A stretch of 63,865 nt of DNA, counting the filler, from Choristocarpus tenellus KU-1152 (taxonomy: Eukaryota; Protista; Phaeophyceae): assembly GCA_964200185.2 (NCBI GenBank). It is 4 parts of 4 records of this genome, joined end to end, with 100 filler letters (N's around TTAATTAATTAA, not from the genome) between each part and the next. Parts side by side here need not be neighbours in the genome. Positions count along the whole stretch, not along the records: positions 1 to 31,119 come from CAXNAD020000086.1; 3 more parts are not named here. The stretch is one strand, 5' to 3'. The number at the start of each line of letters is the position of its first letter. Within the stretch, counting starts at the first letter, position 1. The notes under the pieces were generated by a model, which ran no database searches, was not told where the DNA came from, and worked only from the letters and a program-made list of their open reading frames with translations. The translations under genes were made by a program, and so were the position numbers. Below, piece by piece: positions 12,201 through 24,045 of the stretch.

Positions 12201-15200
12201 CCAACTGAAGCGTATGTGTGTCATAAACTCGAAAAAGTATTGCTTACTTGGTTGGTACTCATTTCAATCTCATCAGAACTTGCAGGACCAGTACAGCTAT
12301 ATCTTTACCTTTTGGCACCTTACAAAGATCAAATTTGATTTTCTCTTCTCCTTCACTTTCTACCAACAAGATCCAATCCATGGGAGGCCCCTGGGAGGTC
12401 AATTCATTTTCAAACTTAGTGTTTTGTCCAACAGCCAACCTATGACCAGTCACCAATTATTACCACAATAGCATTACACCTGTTTAAAATGGTCCGCTTT
12501 TGAAGGTATTTGACAGGTTGCACAAAGCAAGCTTTCCCACCCTCACCTCACTCCGCACACCACAACACAAAGGTCCCACACTGATGACACCACAACTGAT
12601 TTGATGCACATGATGTAAGAATAGCGGACAGTAAATCTTGCCTGGTCCATGTGGATTTACACCCTTCTCACATGTTGATTGTTGATTGAGGCACATCAAA
12701 AAGATCTACGAGGGTAACATGTAAATACAACTCTAAATCATGTGAGAACAAAGCTGAATTACATGAATTGTCACGGACTCACATTTGAGGGGCAAAAATT
12801 TCTCACAGTGCCCCCTCTATCATACCCGACTCCTGCCCCCCATCATTGATCCAACACCCTCCCAAGATGTGGGAACACTTTGTAATTTGAAATTCAGTTG
12901 TGAGACAAGATATATGCACATTTTGAGTTTGTCATCATTGTGCAACTTTGCATTCAATTTACACTACATGCAAAGTGACAGCCTTCCATGGTTATCTTGA
13001 CCACTTGTAATTATATGAAGTATATGCGAATGGCAATCAAGAAAAGTGCATGATGGTCTCTTCACACAGTTTGGCATCAACATCATTGCTGTCACCATTG
13101 TGAAACATCTTCAGAAAACAAATTCACTTTCTCTTGTGGCTAACAGGTACTTTCTGTCTAAGAACAAAGAACTTCACAGTGAAAGCATTAAAAAAAACAT
13201 GTCTAGAGTATCTAGCCCTTCATTGTTTTTGCAAGTATCATGAGGTCTTAGTGTAGGTGATGAGGAGCATGCTGAGTAACGCTTGTTGCTACTCAGCCTA
13301 GATAGTACTCTAACCCTGAATTCAAAAGGCTAATAAATCTGTACTTCAAGATAAATACCAAAGAAATACTAAAAGAGTGGACTTCTGTTAACAACTCTTC
13401 ATTGTCAATACAGCACTAAAATGTCAGCTCTGGAAAGCAGGTCAACCACCTTGTACTGGTCCACAACTCAAATATTGTGCCTGCCCGAAAATATTCTGTT
13501 GGAACATGAAGACTATTCTCATGTTAAACTTGTAATAGAGGCACACCATCCACATATGTTTATATCATCATATTTTGATACACAACTACATGTTTGACAC
13601 ATCAACATCATTTCTTACTCTGGTGTGAGAGGTGCAGGGATATTTCTTCGGAATGGGACAGGGTGTTGGACTATATAATAAATCACCCAAGGTCATGAAG
13701 TGGTATCAGTCCATACACAAGATCGGTTCTCAACCCTCTGTATAACATGCTCACATGTTCACCTTTAGGTGTGCCTACACTTCAATCACCATACAATCTG
13801 TGCTGAGCCAGAAGGGCATAAAAAAATCACAAGATCAATACACACCTAAAACGGTGTAATTTTTCAAAATCCAAACACCAGTAGAAGAAGAGAATAATAT
13901 GTACCAAACTAAAGCACTTCAATGACTTGCAGCAGGTGCACCTCTTGCTTCCATAACTATTGAGGGGAGACAGTAGAGTTCTCTCCCTTTACCCCGATGG
14001 TCTAAGGCAAGTTTGGTACCTTCAGTGCATTCCTTCCATGATGTAACAATGAAAATGGTTTCATTCTCACCATGCCCCTATCAACCTTGCAACCACCAGT
14101 ATTCTCAGGTCTCTTTAAGACCTAGAACAGTTCACAGTTGAACCAAAAGCTAATTGAAATGTGTTCAAAATATGTCTAATTCGGTTAGTAAGCAGGCATC
14201 GCAGATATCACTTGTTGCACTAAACTAAAGTATGGTTAGAGTACCTACCTACCATTATTAGCATTCATTTTGTTGAATGTGGGTCACCTGTTCAGCCAAA
14301 TGTATATTACAATAGAAGATACTGAACCAAGGAAGTCATTTTATACAAATCTGCGTATCTTGAACAGTTCTTATCTTGAACTTCGATCTCTGTTGTTTAG
14401 GTGTCTGTCAGGATATAAACTATAGAAGTGGGACCGAGACTGTTCAAAGCCATACTGAAAGTGAAGTTGCTCACAGAGTTGAGTTGCTTGTCTGATTGTA
14501 GGTTTAGCACTAGGCCATTGGTTGTATTCAAGAGTGTGTGTCATGCAGCCTATGTAGCATGGTTTACTCTTAGAAGTCAATGATTTGTGCCCTGATCTGT
14601 ACCCCCTATCCATCTCAGCTAAGTGGCAGTGTATCTACTCTGAGAGCCTGGCAACCCAATGAACACCCCAGACTGGAAAAAATCTGGTTTAGTGATACAT
14701 TGGTCATGGTCCTTTTCTTTGTTTACCCTTGTTAAGTGAATCTGTCTAACACGTGAATGTCTCATTAAAAAATAGCCTTTTAGCCAAGAGGATTGTAGGC
14801 ACTAGCAAGTGAAATAGATACTGTTCTGGGGCACACAATACCCACACACGCATGAGATTAGGTAGGGCAATTCTATTGTGTGGGATATTTACCCTTGGTA
14901 GGCATGCTTAGATGCTCAACAAATATTGTACATAGTAATATGCTAGGTTGTGATGCAATAGTATCAGCAAACCATCCCATACATGTTCCAATTGACATTG
15001 CAGACACCAAAAGTAGTTTTGGCTCTGAGATACTTAGAACTCTACCTCAGACAAGTGCTTCGAGACTTGACAAAACAAATAATTTCCCTTCTTTGGCGTT
15101 TCATGCTAACAGGATCATAGTAACTGATGTTACCATCTCTACACTGTCCATCAGATTGACACACTGTCAACAGATCCCTGTGTCCTTGAGAAGGATGTTT

Positions 15201-18200
15201 TCAACAAATAATCCGAGTTTCCCATGGAGTGCACAACACAAATACTGTAAAAACACATTTACAGGGTATTGTCAAAACAGAAATATCTAGAGTGTTGCCC
15301 AGAAAGAGAGCAGGGATGTACTCAAGAAAATATACCCAACATTTTATTCCTTGTTAATATGTTGAGAAAATATCGAATTTCAGCTCACTTGAACTTGCTT
15401 CGTATTGTGCGCTCCTTTCTTGTCCCCTCCAAAGTTTTTCCCATTGCCTTCCAGTCTGGGAGCTGGTAGGGGAAGTCAAGTACTAACTTTCATTATGGTG
15501 GGGTCTAGATAGGGTTTGTGGAAACAACAAGAAAAGCACCTCAAATTCATAGCTTTCATTTGAGACATACATGGAACATAAAGGAGAGGAGTTTGAGTTC
15601 ATGTCTGAGATCACAGCGCTGCATATCGCAGATGTTCAAACTAAAAATGTGTGCAGGAGCTGTTGTATAATGGAACTTGACTACATCCATACTTCACCAA
15701 TATCTACTTTAAAGTATTTTCTTGAGGATGTGTAACAAAGTTTTTCACTGTAGAAACATATCATGAATGTCAAACATACACTTGAAATTGTAAATGTTAT
15801 GACAATGGACGAATACCTGGACTCGATCTGGCCATGACTGATCAGTTGGGCTTCCACACAGTGAAAAAATAAGATCAAGCTGTTGGGTCTCTGTACTGCC
15901 TGGGAGAATGGGACTGCCATGAAGCAGCTCAGCAAGTATGCAGCCAACTGACCACATATCCACAGCAGGACCATACTGTCCAAGGATGGGGAATGCAAAA
16001 GGAATAGATCGATTTACGTTGTAATAGGTCATGGTTTTTCAAGTGAACACTTGTCCTAAACCTAAGGTCCCTCAGAATGATCACGACAGTATTAGCAACA
16101 ATCCTCACTACTTACAGATTTTCGTGATATGCTGTCTGTCTTAGGCGGTTCTCTATCTGTCTTAAGATTCAAGTTGTGCTTGCCGCTTCAGACCAAACAT
16201 AGAAAACAATGCAGAAAAATGCCAACACACCCTGGAGGCAAGGCAATGAGACGTAATAGGTTTGAAGTGGTTGATTGTGAGGGGGAACACGTAGAACTGT
16301 TGTCGCAAAAAAAAAGGAAAATAGCCTATATTTACACAAAGAGTCACTTGACCCACCTTGGTGGTGCGAAGCAGCACTTCTGGAGGCCTGTACCATAAGG
16401 TGATGACAGTGGGTGTGTGATTCTCTTGCTTCTCATGGAATGAGCGGGCCAGACCCCAGTCCCCTACCTGTCGCAAGAGTTGAAAAAAAAGCTAAGAATG
16501 ACCAAAATTCACACATACTGAAACCTATGGAATGCTCTGGACATTACTGCAGTCTTCAAGCAATACATAAAACCTCTCCAAGTAGCCATACAGCCAAATT
16601 ATGCTACAACTGGATGGCATAGCAGATGAGTGACTAAGGGCAACAAATTGGTCAGCTTCAAAAATTATACAAGATGCATGTAGCTAAATGTCACTGCTTC
16701 CTTGGTCTTCAGGTAGCACTTTTGGCGCAAAAAGGCAAGACAAAAAAAAAATGCCTAAAAGTCAAATTCACCCCTCTGGCACAAGGAAGATTTGTCTGCT
16801 CAGAAGCACTCACACTCACTTGACAGAATAATGTAAAGAGACATATCAAACCCGTTTTATTTTGTATGGTGCTATGCACATCGGACATCTGAAACAGGTA
16901 GGTACTACTGAAACTTCCAAGACATGTCATTTGAGAGGTATGCACAAAATTAGAACCTTTTAGTAGAGACTCTGTATCACCTTCAGCTCATTTCACACTA
17001 CCTACCTTCAGGAGACCATTGGCGCCAATGAAGAGGTTAGCACATTTGAGGTCCCGATGCATAACCTAGACAAACATAGCATGGTGTTTGATGGCACAAA
17101 GGTATTGGTAATTGTTCTGGGGGATTCACATCCTGATTAAAACATATTTTCATTCCCTGCTTCTTGCTAGAGAGCATGTAGGTGCGGTACTTAAGGCATA
17201 AGTGTGTCACAGAGAGGGGAAATATCATTCGCAATTTGCCTGTCATCTCCACAATTTCAACATCTTTACACCAACCTTGTTCTGGTGCATGTAGTCGATG
17301 GCAGTCAGCATTTGCTTCATGTATGTCTTGATATGAACTGGTGAGAGGCGAACATCTTCTGGGCTGTTTGCCAGACCCCACAGATCATACTCCAGGTATT
17401 CAAACACCATGTATACATCACCTGACTAATGTTTGGAAGTTGTGGGAAGTGCCTCCAAGGAGTACTACAATATGAATGCCTTGTGTTTCCATCATTCCAC
17501 CACTTCAGTATACTGCTGCAATAAAATATCAAAAAGGATAGCCCTGTCTCTTCTGCATGAGGAAAGGTAAGACCAGATATGTGTCAAGCAACCACACAAC
17601 TCAAGCCTTTGACCACATTTAGAGGTGCAGTACAGTCTGCATAGAGTGGAAGTAGAGTATCAATGTCGTCCCTCTCAAGAGCTCACCTTCCCATCTTTGA
17701 CTGTGGGGCCGTTGTCAGTCACCACCTCAAGCAGGTCCACAATGTTTGGGTGGCGCAGGGAACGTAGGATGCGAATCTCCCGGATAGAGGTGATTGGAAA
17801 TCCACCCTAGACAGTTAAGGTCAGTAACATGAGAGGTTCAAGCTATGCATCCATATCTCTCAGCACCGCAAGCTTTCACAGCATTTCCCACCAACCATTT
17901 TTTCACTTCCACTGCATTCAAAACCCTCTACTCCAACCTGTGTCTACAGATTTACGCCTGTCCAAAAAAACTCACATCATTAGTTTTTCCATCTTTGTCA
18001 GTAGTCTTGATCATCTTCAAGGCTACGGTGACTCCAGAGTCTGGGTCACGCGCTTTCCAAACCTGACGTTAGTGAACCACAAACAACTGTCATGTCTCAA
18101 AAAAAGGTCAACGTTCAGCAGTGTTTTTCGGTGCAAGCATTCACATCTACTGCAGCTCACCGGAACCTAATCACACACCTCCAACACAGGACATACCTTA

Positions 18201-18358
18201 CCATAAGTCCCCTCTCCTATGGGACCCATGAGGTGGTACGAGCTGACATCTCTAGCCCAGTGTGTCGACTTTCCCTTCCTATGTTTGGAGGGTACTCTAT
18301 CTCTGTTGCTATCACCGTCGGCTTGTGGAGGCGACTCGCGAAATGGCCTAGATTTCAT
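9242..18358 (-). CDS. CDKC: Cyclin-dependent kinase, CDKC/CDK9-12-13 family (RNA Pol II CTD kinase-like), 11 exons, about 403 aa
   Basis: Hand-spliced GT-AG exons with consistent phases: 18358-18197 (GEGTYGK), 18062-17976 (VALKMIK), 17806-17687 ([22 protein letters not shown]), 17425-17276 ([12 protein letters not shown]), 17065-17006 (HRDLKCANL), 16467-16357 ([22 protein letters not shown]), 15975-15817 ([16 protein letters not shown]), 15462-15389, 11860-11732 ([22 protein letters not shown]), 11134-11053 ([12 protein letters not shown], similar to the plant CDKC post-kinase motif), 9319-9242 (ends TGA). Total 1212 nt. An in-frame TAA lies just upstream of the ATG. The last exon is the least certain. 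Confidence 0.93.
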
Positions 18359-20644
18359 ACGTTAGAAGCGTGATAGGTTGGGAAATGCGAATCAAGTGAC
18401 TCGACATCGTACGATTTCCAGTGTTTAACTACCTACTCCTTACCACAGAATCCTCGATATCTCACCGAGGTTCGTCGACTGGGTGATACCTAGGATGCGA
18501 CGGAGATGTGAAAGGGGACGGAGGTCTTTGAGATGAAGGAGAATCCGGGGAAAGATGGTCGGCAGGTGTATTGCTCCTGACAGGGGACGGTGCTTCCCTT
18601 TTCCTCATGTTGTACAACCTCTAATATACCTTACAATTTCCACAAACTACTTCTACTTCTATTGTTGTAGTAGTGTGTATATAACAGCAGATTTCAAAAA
18701 TTGAGGATGGAGCTTTTCATTGAGGATGAGCTTGACCCAAAATTGACTGGGATAAAGTGTCGATATGTTTTTTTTTAATTGTTATATTTTAATGTTAAAA
18801 TTGTATTTTAAATGGCATCTCCTAACCCAAATCCAAAATCCAAAATCCACCCAATTTAAATTCCTCCAACAAAATGACCGATTTTTCAATCTCTTCAACA
18901 GAAAACTGACCGATTCTAGAAGAGGTGTATTTGTTCATGGAATCATAAATACTTCCAACTTCCCATATATATTGAACAATTTTGATTTCGCCATTTCCCC
19001 TTCAATAATTAATCGTGATATTCTGACTTATGACAACCAATCACATTCACTTCCATCAATCAAAATAACCCAAAACCTGAACTGAGAATGGTCGGTTCTT
19101 CTGATATTTCTTGAAGTACAAAATAACCACAAGTGTGACTAGTAAAACTTGTGCACATCACAGAAGAACGACATATTCGTCACAAGGTATCAGAAGAGGG
19201 CTGCCACAGACAGGTCGCTACCACTATCCACAACTCATTACATATCTCTGAACCAAAAGAATTTACAACTATGATTAAATTGACTAGAGAAAAACTTCGA
19301 CTAATCCAAGTTAATCAAATCGAGGTGTAGGTGTATGAGGTGTCAGGTGTAGGTGTATGAGGTGTCACGCCTGAAATGTAACCAGTTCACAGCGTGGACC
19401 TTGATGCTGTGAGGAAAAAAACTCCCAAGCCCCACAGGTTTCAACAACAACAGATGTGAAGACATGAACAGTAGTGACAATGTGCAGTAAGTTGTGGGTA
19501 GTCATACCATGCAACGCATATGTGTCGTTCTGTGACCTCTTATACCATTCATCAATCACAATTCTGGTCACATTGTATTTTAAAAAACTGAATAAATGAA
19601 CTTTTTTAGTTCAGCCATCAGTTCTTTCGATTTATTGAGTTGGACCCAATTTGACAGTCACCATTCACAGAAACATTTTCACTATTTCTGTTTATGGGTT
19701 GGATCTACCTTGTGTGTTTTGCCTTCCCTATCATCCACCACTCAACCACATGTGCGTGTTACACAAATCAACTTATTCACCAAAAGTATTCAGTACAATT
19801 CGGTTCAGATCTACCTACTGGTTTTTGACTTACAGAACAACCACTCTGTAACTTGCGTGTGTTGTGTGTGTGTGCCACGCCAATGGAATTTGACACAAAG
19901 AGTACATTCAACTGTGGAAAGCAGATTTACTTTTACAGGAGTTCTTACGATATTGAATTGACTTTTCATTGCTTTTTCCCCTGATACATCTGCAAAATGT
20001 CAGAGGGTATAAAAATATAGTAATAATAGTGCAAAGCAGGGTTATATATACATATTGGAGGCATAGGAGGGGAGAGGTGTTACATAGCTAGTATCAAATA
20101 GTAAATAGAAAATATCTTTCATATATACAACATTAGTTTATAGGAATTCTTATAATATTGAATTGGCTACTCTTGTGTTGCCTTTATTTGATATAATATT
20201 ATTTGCTTATCCATCTCTCCTATAGCAACTTGTTCTGTAAGATAAATCTTAAAAATATGTCCTNNNNNNNNNNCCTTTTCTTTCTGATCTTTGATAGTTT
20301 GATAGTATTTTATAGGCTATATCCCTTCTTAGTACCACAGCTAACTTTTTTTTCAAATGCCATTCTGTACTTGCTGTGAATATTCTATTTCAGATAAGTA
20401 TTTTTCTTGTTTATGTATTGTTCTTTCTTCCTCTGTTAAATTAGCAGCAATATAATAGTTATTACCCTGACACCACTGCAAAATGTCAGAGGGTATAATA
20501 ATATATAAGCAGGGTTGTCTGTTACCATACCATTATTGTCGTGTTCCATACACTGTCATACCAATTTGCCAATGTGGTTCACTCAGGAAGGGCGCTAAAG
20601 AGAATTACTGTCCAAGACAGACTAAGACAAACCATAGTCAAATA

Positions 20645-22606
20645 TTCCCTCTGTCCCATAGGTCTGGGCCATTAAGTTGCAGCTCTTCGGGATGACCTCC
20701 AATTACAAAAACGGACTTTTGCGTTGGATTCCTTGGAATTTTTATATCATTTTGTTTTTCAAAGAATTCTACAAAACTTCTGTTCTGAAAGGTTCTGAAA
20801 GAATGGAACACAGAATGGGGCATATTCTCATCATTTTTTAAGCATGAAGCTGCACAACACTCTCACAACTCCCATGGCGAATCCCCAAAGCCCATCATCC
20901 CCGGCATAAAGCCCATCTTGGGGAAAGAATTGCAAGTTGACCGAGGAAGGTCAGAGGGCGCTTGCTCTGTGTTACGCATTGACTCTTCCTCCGGGTCACA
21001 AGAGGCTCCTGAGGGGTGTGGGATCTAAATTGTCCAATGAGTTTGGAATGGGAGAGAGATACCCTAGAACGGTGTGGGCGTGCATCAAAGAACAGACAGG
21101 GGAGGGGGAACACCATCTCCTTGAAATCACAAGTACGATCTGGACGGTCGTCGGACTTTATTCCAACGAAACAAGCGAAGATCCAGGAAATCAACACCAG
21201 TAGTTGCTGCTGACTATCGACCAACTTTCCGCCAAGCTCGCCAAAGCAGATCTGTCAGTCAGCAGCTCAAAGCTTCATCACTGGCTTGAAGCCATGGCAT
21301 TAACAATGGTTCAGTGGCATGTCACCCCTAGCCTTTTGTTTTCTCACAAGAACAGGGTGGACTTCATCCTCCACCTGATCTCCCGTGACCGCAAAACCTA
21401 CAGGACTGGCCTCAACACCATTCACATCGATGAGGCATGGTTCTGAGTGCAAGTATCTTAGAGGGTACAAGTTTTGCCCTGTTTGTCCATTTGGGGCTTC
21501 CCACGGGTATTTCTTATGACATTTTCCTACTCCAAAATGTTTTGGAGTAGATAAAATGGATATGTTTTGGAGTAGGTATGAAAAGGTGTGGCCGGAACAA
21601 GGATATTGACACTTCCAAACAAACACAATAGCCAAAATTACATCAAAATCGCAACATTGGATTTAGGTCCCCAAACGGACGCGGCTCTACCCTCTAAAAT
21701 AATTTGACTCTTCTACCTCATACACGAACGAGAGATGATGCACATGTGCCTGAGGGAGGAAAACATAGGCTCAATGAAGGTGCAGCACAAGAGTCACATT
21801 TCCAAAGTGATGTTCTTCTCTGCCGTTTTGCACCTAGATCCTTCCCATGATTTCAACAGCAAGATCAGGATCTGGTAGGTTTGCGTTGTGAAGGAGGCCC
21901 AACGGACTACAGTGTGGCACACAAAGGGCGAGGAGTACAAGGTCGATGTTACCATTGACACTGAGTGGTACCTGGAATGGTGCATGGAGCAGCTGTTGCC
22001 AGTGATCAAGGAAAAAATACTGTGGTTGGAATCAGGGGGGGCCTCCACACACCAGGACAGCGCGACCCCGCATATGGGCAAGAGCACGATGCAGAAGTTG
22101 AATGTAGCAGGGATGGAGGAGAGATAGTACATTAAGTTCGCAAAGCAGTCAGTGCAATTGCCTGATCTCAACATCAATGATTTGGGGATTTTTGCATCTC
22201 TGAAGAGCAGGGTTTGGGTAGAGCATTACGGCAGTGTTGATGAACTTGTAGAGGGGTTTTCAAGCACGTTCCACGAGTATGACGCAGACACGCTTGAGAG
22301 GGTGTGGCAAAGTCTGTTTAAGAGGTACAATCAGGTGTTAAGGGTACTGTAGGGGAACGATTTTGAGATAGAGTACACCGAGACCAAAAAAAGGCAGTGG
22401 TAGGACAGGTTGGCTAGATCAGTTGAAGTAGACTGAGCGACCTCTGCAGCGGCCCTGTATTGGTGGGTTGGTGTTGTTGAATATAGGCGAAACATAGTTT
22501 TTCAATGTAAAGTTTCCAAGGAATCCAAAGCAAAGGTCCATTTTGTAATTGGAGGTCACCCCGAAGAGCTACAACTTAACGGCCTAGACTTATGGGACAG
22601 AATGAG
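20645..22606 (+). mobile_element. Tc1/mariner element, plant-mariner (DD39D-type) clade, with a pseudogenised transposase
   Basis: Imperfect TIRs of about 95 bp ([C/T]TCCCTCTGTCCCATA..., 20645-20742 / 22510-22606) flanked by TA. Motifs IHIDEAWF, HISKVMFFSAV, HQDSATPH, PDLNINDLGIFASLKS, LERVWQSL. Contains stops and a MITE insertion. Confidence 0.92.
21445..21710 (+). mobile_element. MITE family A (about 260 bp, GAG..CTC ends, 4-bp TSD), inserted in the mariner ORF
   Basis: TIRs GAGTGCAAGTATCTTAGAGGGTA / TACCCTCTAAAATAATTTGACTC. TSD TTCT on both sides. Removing it restores the DEAWF-YL reading frame. Confidence 0.9.
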
Positions 22607-22679
22607 TAGTAAATGGATGATAGAAAAATATCTTTCACATTTGCGACAACTGTTATTTTTACGGGGGTTCTTATGATAT

Positions 22680-22898
22680 GGCACATGGTAGGGGGGAGAG
22701 GGGCAGGAGGCTACAGCAGGAAAGGAGCTGTCAAATCCCGTTTACAACAGATAGTGTCTGCCAAAACACAAGTGCCTCTATCAAAAGGTGTCATGCGTTT
22801 TAAGTTGGAGACCCAGGGAGATGGGCAATGAGGGGCATTTCAGATTCTTGGGATCCTTCCCTAGCTCCTCACCGTGTGGTGTAGGTCTAAGCTAGGTT
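22680..22898 (+). mobile_element. 5'-truncated 3' end of the same CRE-like retrotransposon family
   Basis: Near-identical to about 59805-60035 (GGCTACAGCAGGAAAGG.GCTGTCAAATCCCGT...GTCATGCGTTTTAAG...GATTCTTGGGA..CCCTAGCTCCTCAC). Confidence 0.8.
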
Positions 22899-23506
22899 GG
22901 AGGAATAGGAAGGGAGTGGTATAGCATGGCTGGTAGTCAAATAGAAAATAGAAAAATATCTTTCACATTTACGACAACTGTTACTTTTACAGGAATTCTT
23001 ATGATATTAAATTGGGTTTTCATTGGTTTTTCCCCTGACACATCTGTAAAATATCAGAGGGCAAAATAATATATTGACTGTATCCAAGAGGACGAGCTTA
23101 AGGTTGGACAAGTGTAAGACTGCAGATTATTGGAGAGATTCCGGTGTGATGAGAATCTCATGAGAGGAGGATGATCAGAATATTAAGACAAAACTACGAA
23201 GAGAATCTTTGATGTTTGACATCTCGGATTGAAGAGTATTCACTACTTGTAGGATTGGTCTCTTGAAAAGATTCCATTCCTCAAAAATAATATTTTGCCC
23301 TCTGACATTTTGTCAATGTGTCAAAGAAAATACATATTTTTGGTAGAAGTATTCCTCCTTCTAAACTACATAAGCTACCTCAATACAGAACCATTATTTG
23401 TTGGGAAGTCTCCTCAATGTCAAGATAGATCCTCTACTGGAATCAGGGGTTCCTGACAAGGAACCTCAATCGGGTCAATAGTATGTTGTGTAAGGCAATA
23501 ATGGTA

Positions 23507-24045
23507 CTCCCTCTGTCCCATAAGTCTGTTCCTTTATGCACGTACCTCTTCAGGATGACCTCTGATTTCAACAAGGATTTCGCTTTGGATTCCTCGGAAA
23601 ATTTTACAAAAGATGAGTTTATTTGAAGAGTATAGGAAGGTCTGGACCGTGTTAAAACATAGGCTACTCATCTTTTGTGTTACTGATATTATACTCCCTC
23701 TGTCCCATAAGTCTGTTCTTTTATGCATGTAACCCTTCGGGATGACCTCCATTTTCAAAACGGATTTTTGGATTGGATTTCTTGATGTGTTTTTCCATTA
23801 GAATACAATTCCTCACTTTCACTCAATGCCATCAATTCACCAATTCAGTGCCTTCTTGTGGACCTATGCCCACCTAACCTCTGTTCCATATTTTCAGAAC
23901 AATTTTGGGATATACTTTTTAAAATATAACTTATCTTACGTAAATTTTTCCGAGGAACCCAACGAAAAATCCATTTTGAAATCAGAGGTCATCCCGAAGA
24001 GGTACAGGTACATGCATAAAGGAACAGACTTAAGGGACAAAGTAT
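23507..24045. mobile_element. Stowaway-like non-autonomous mariner derivative(s): two left ends and one right end
   Basis: TA|CTCCCTCTGTCCCATAAGTCTG at 23507 and again at 23694. The complementary end (...AGACTTAAGGGACAAAG) is at about 23942-24045. Same TIR family as the 20645 element. Confidence 0.8.
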
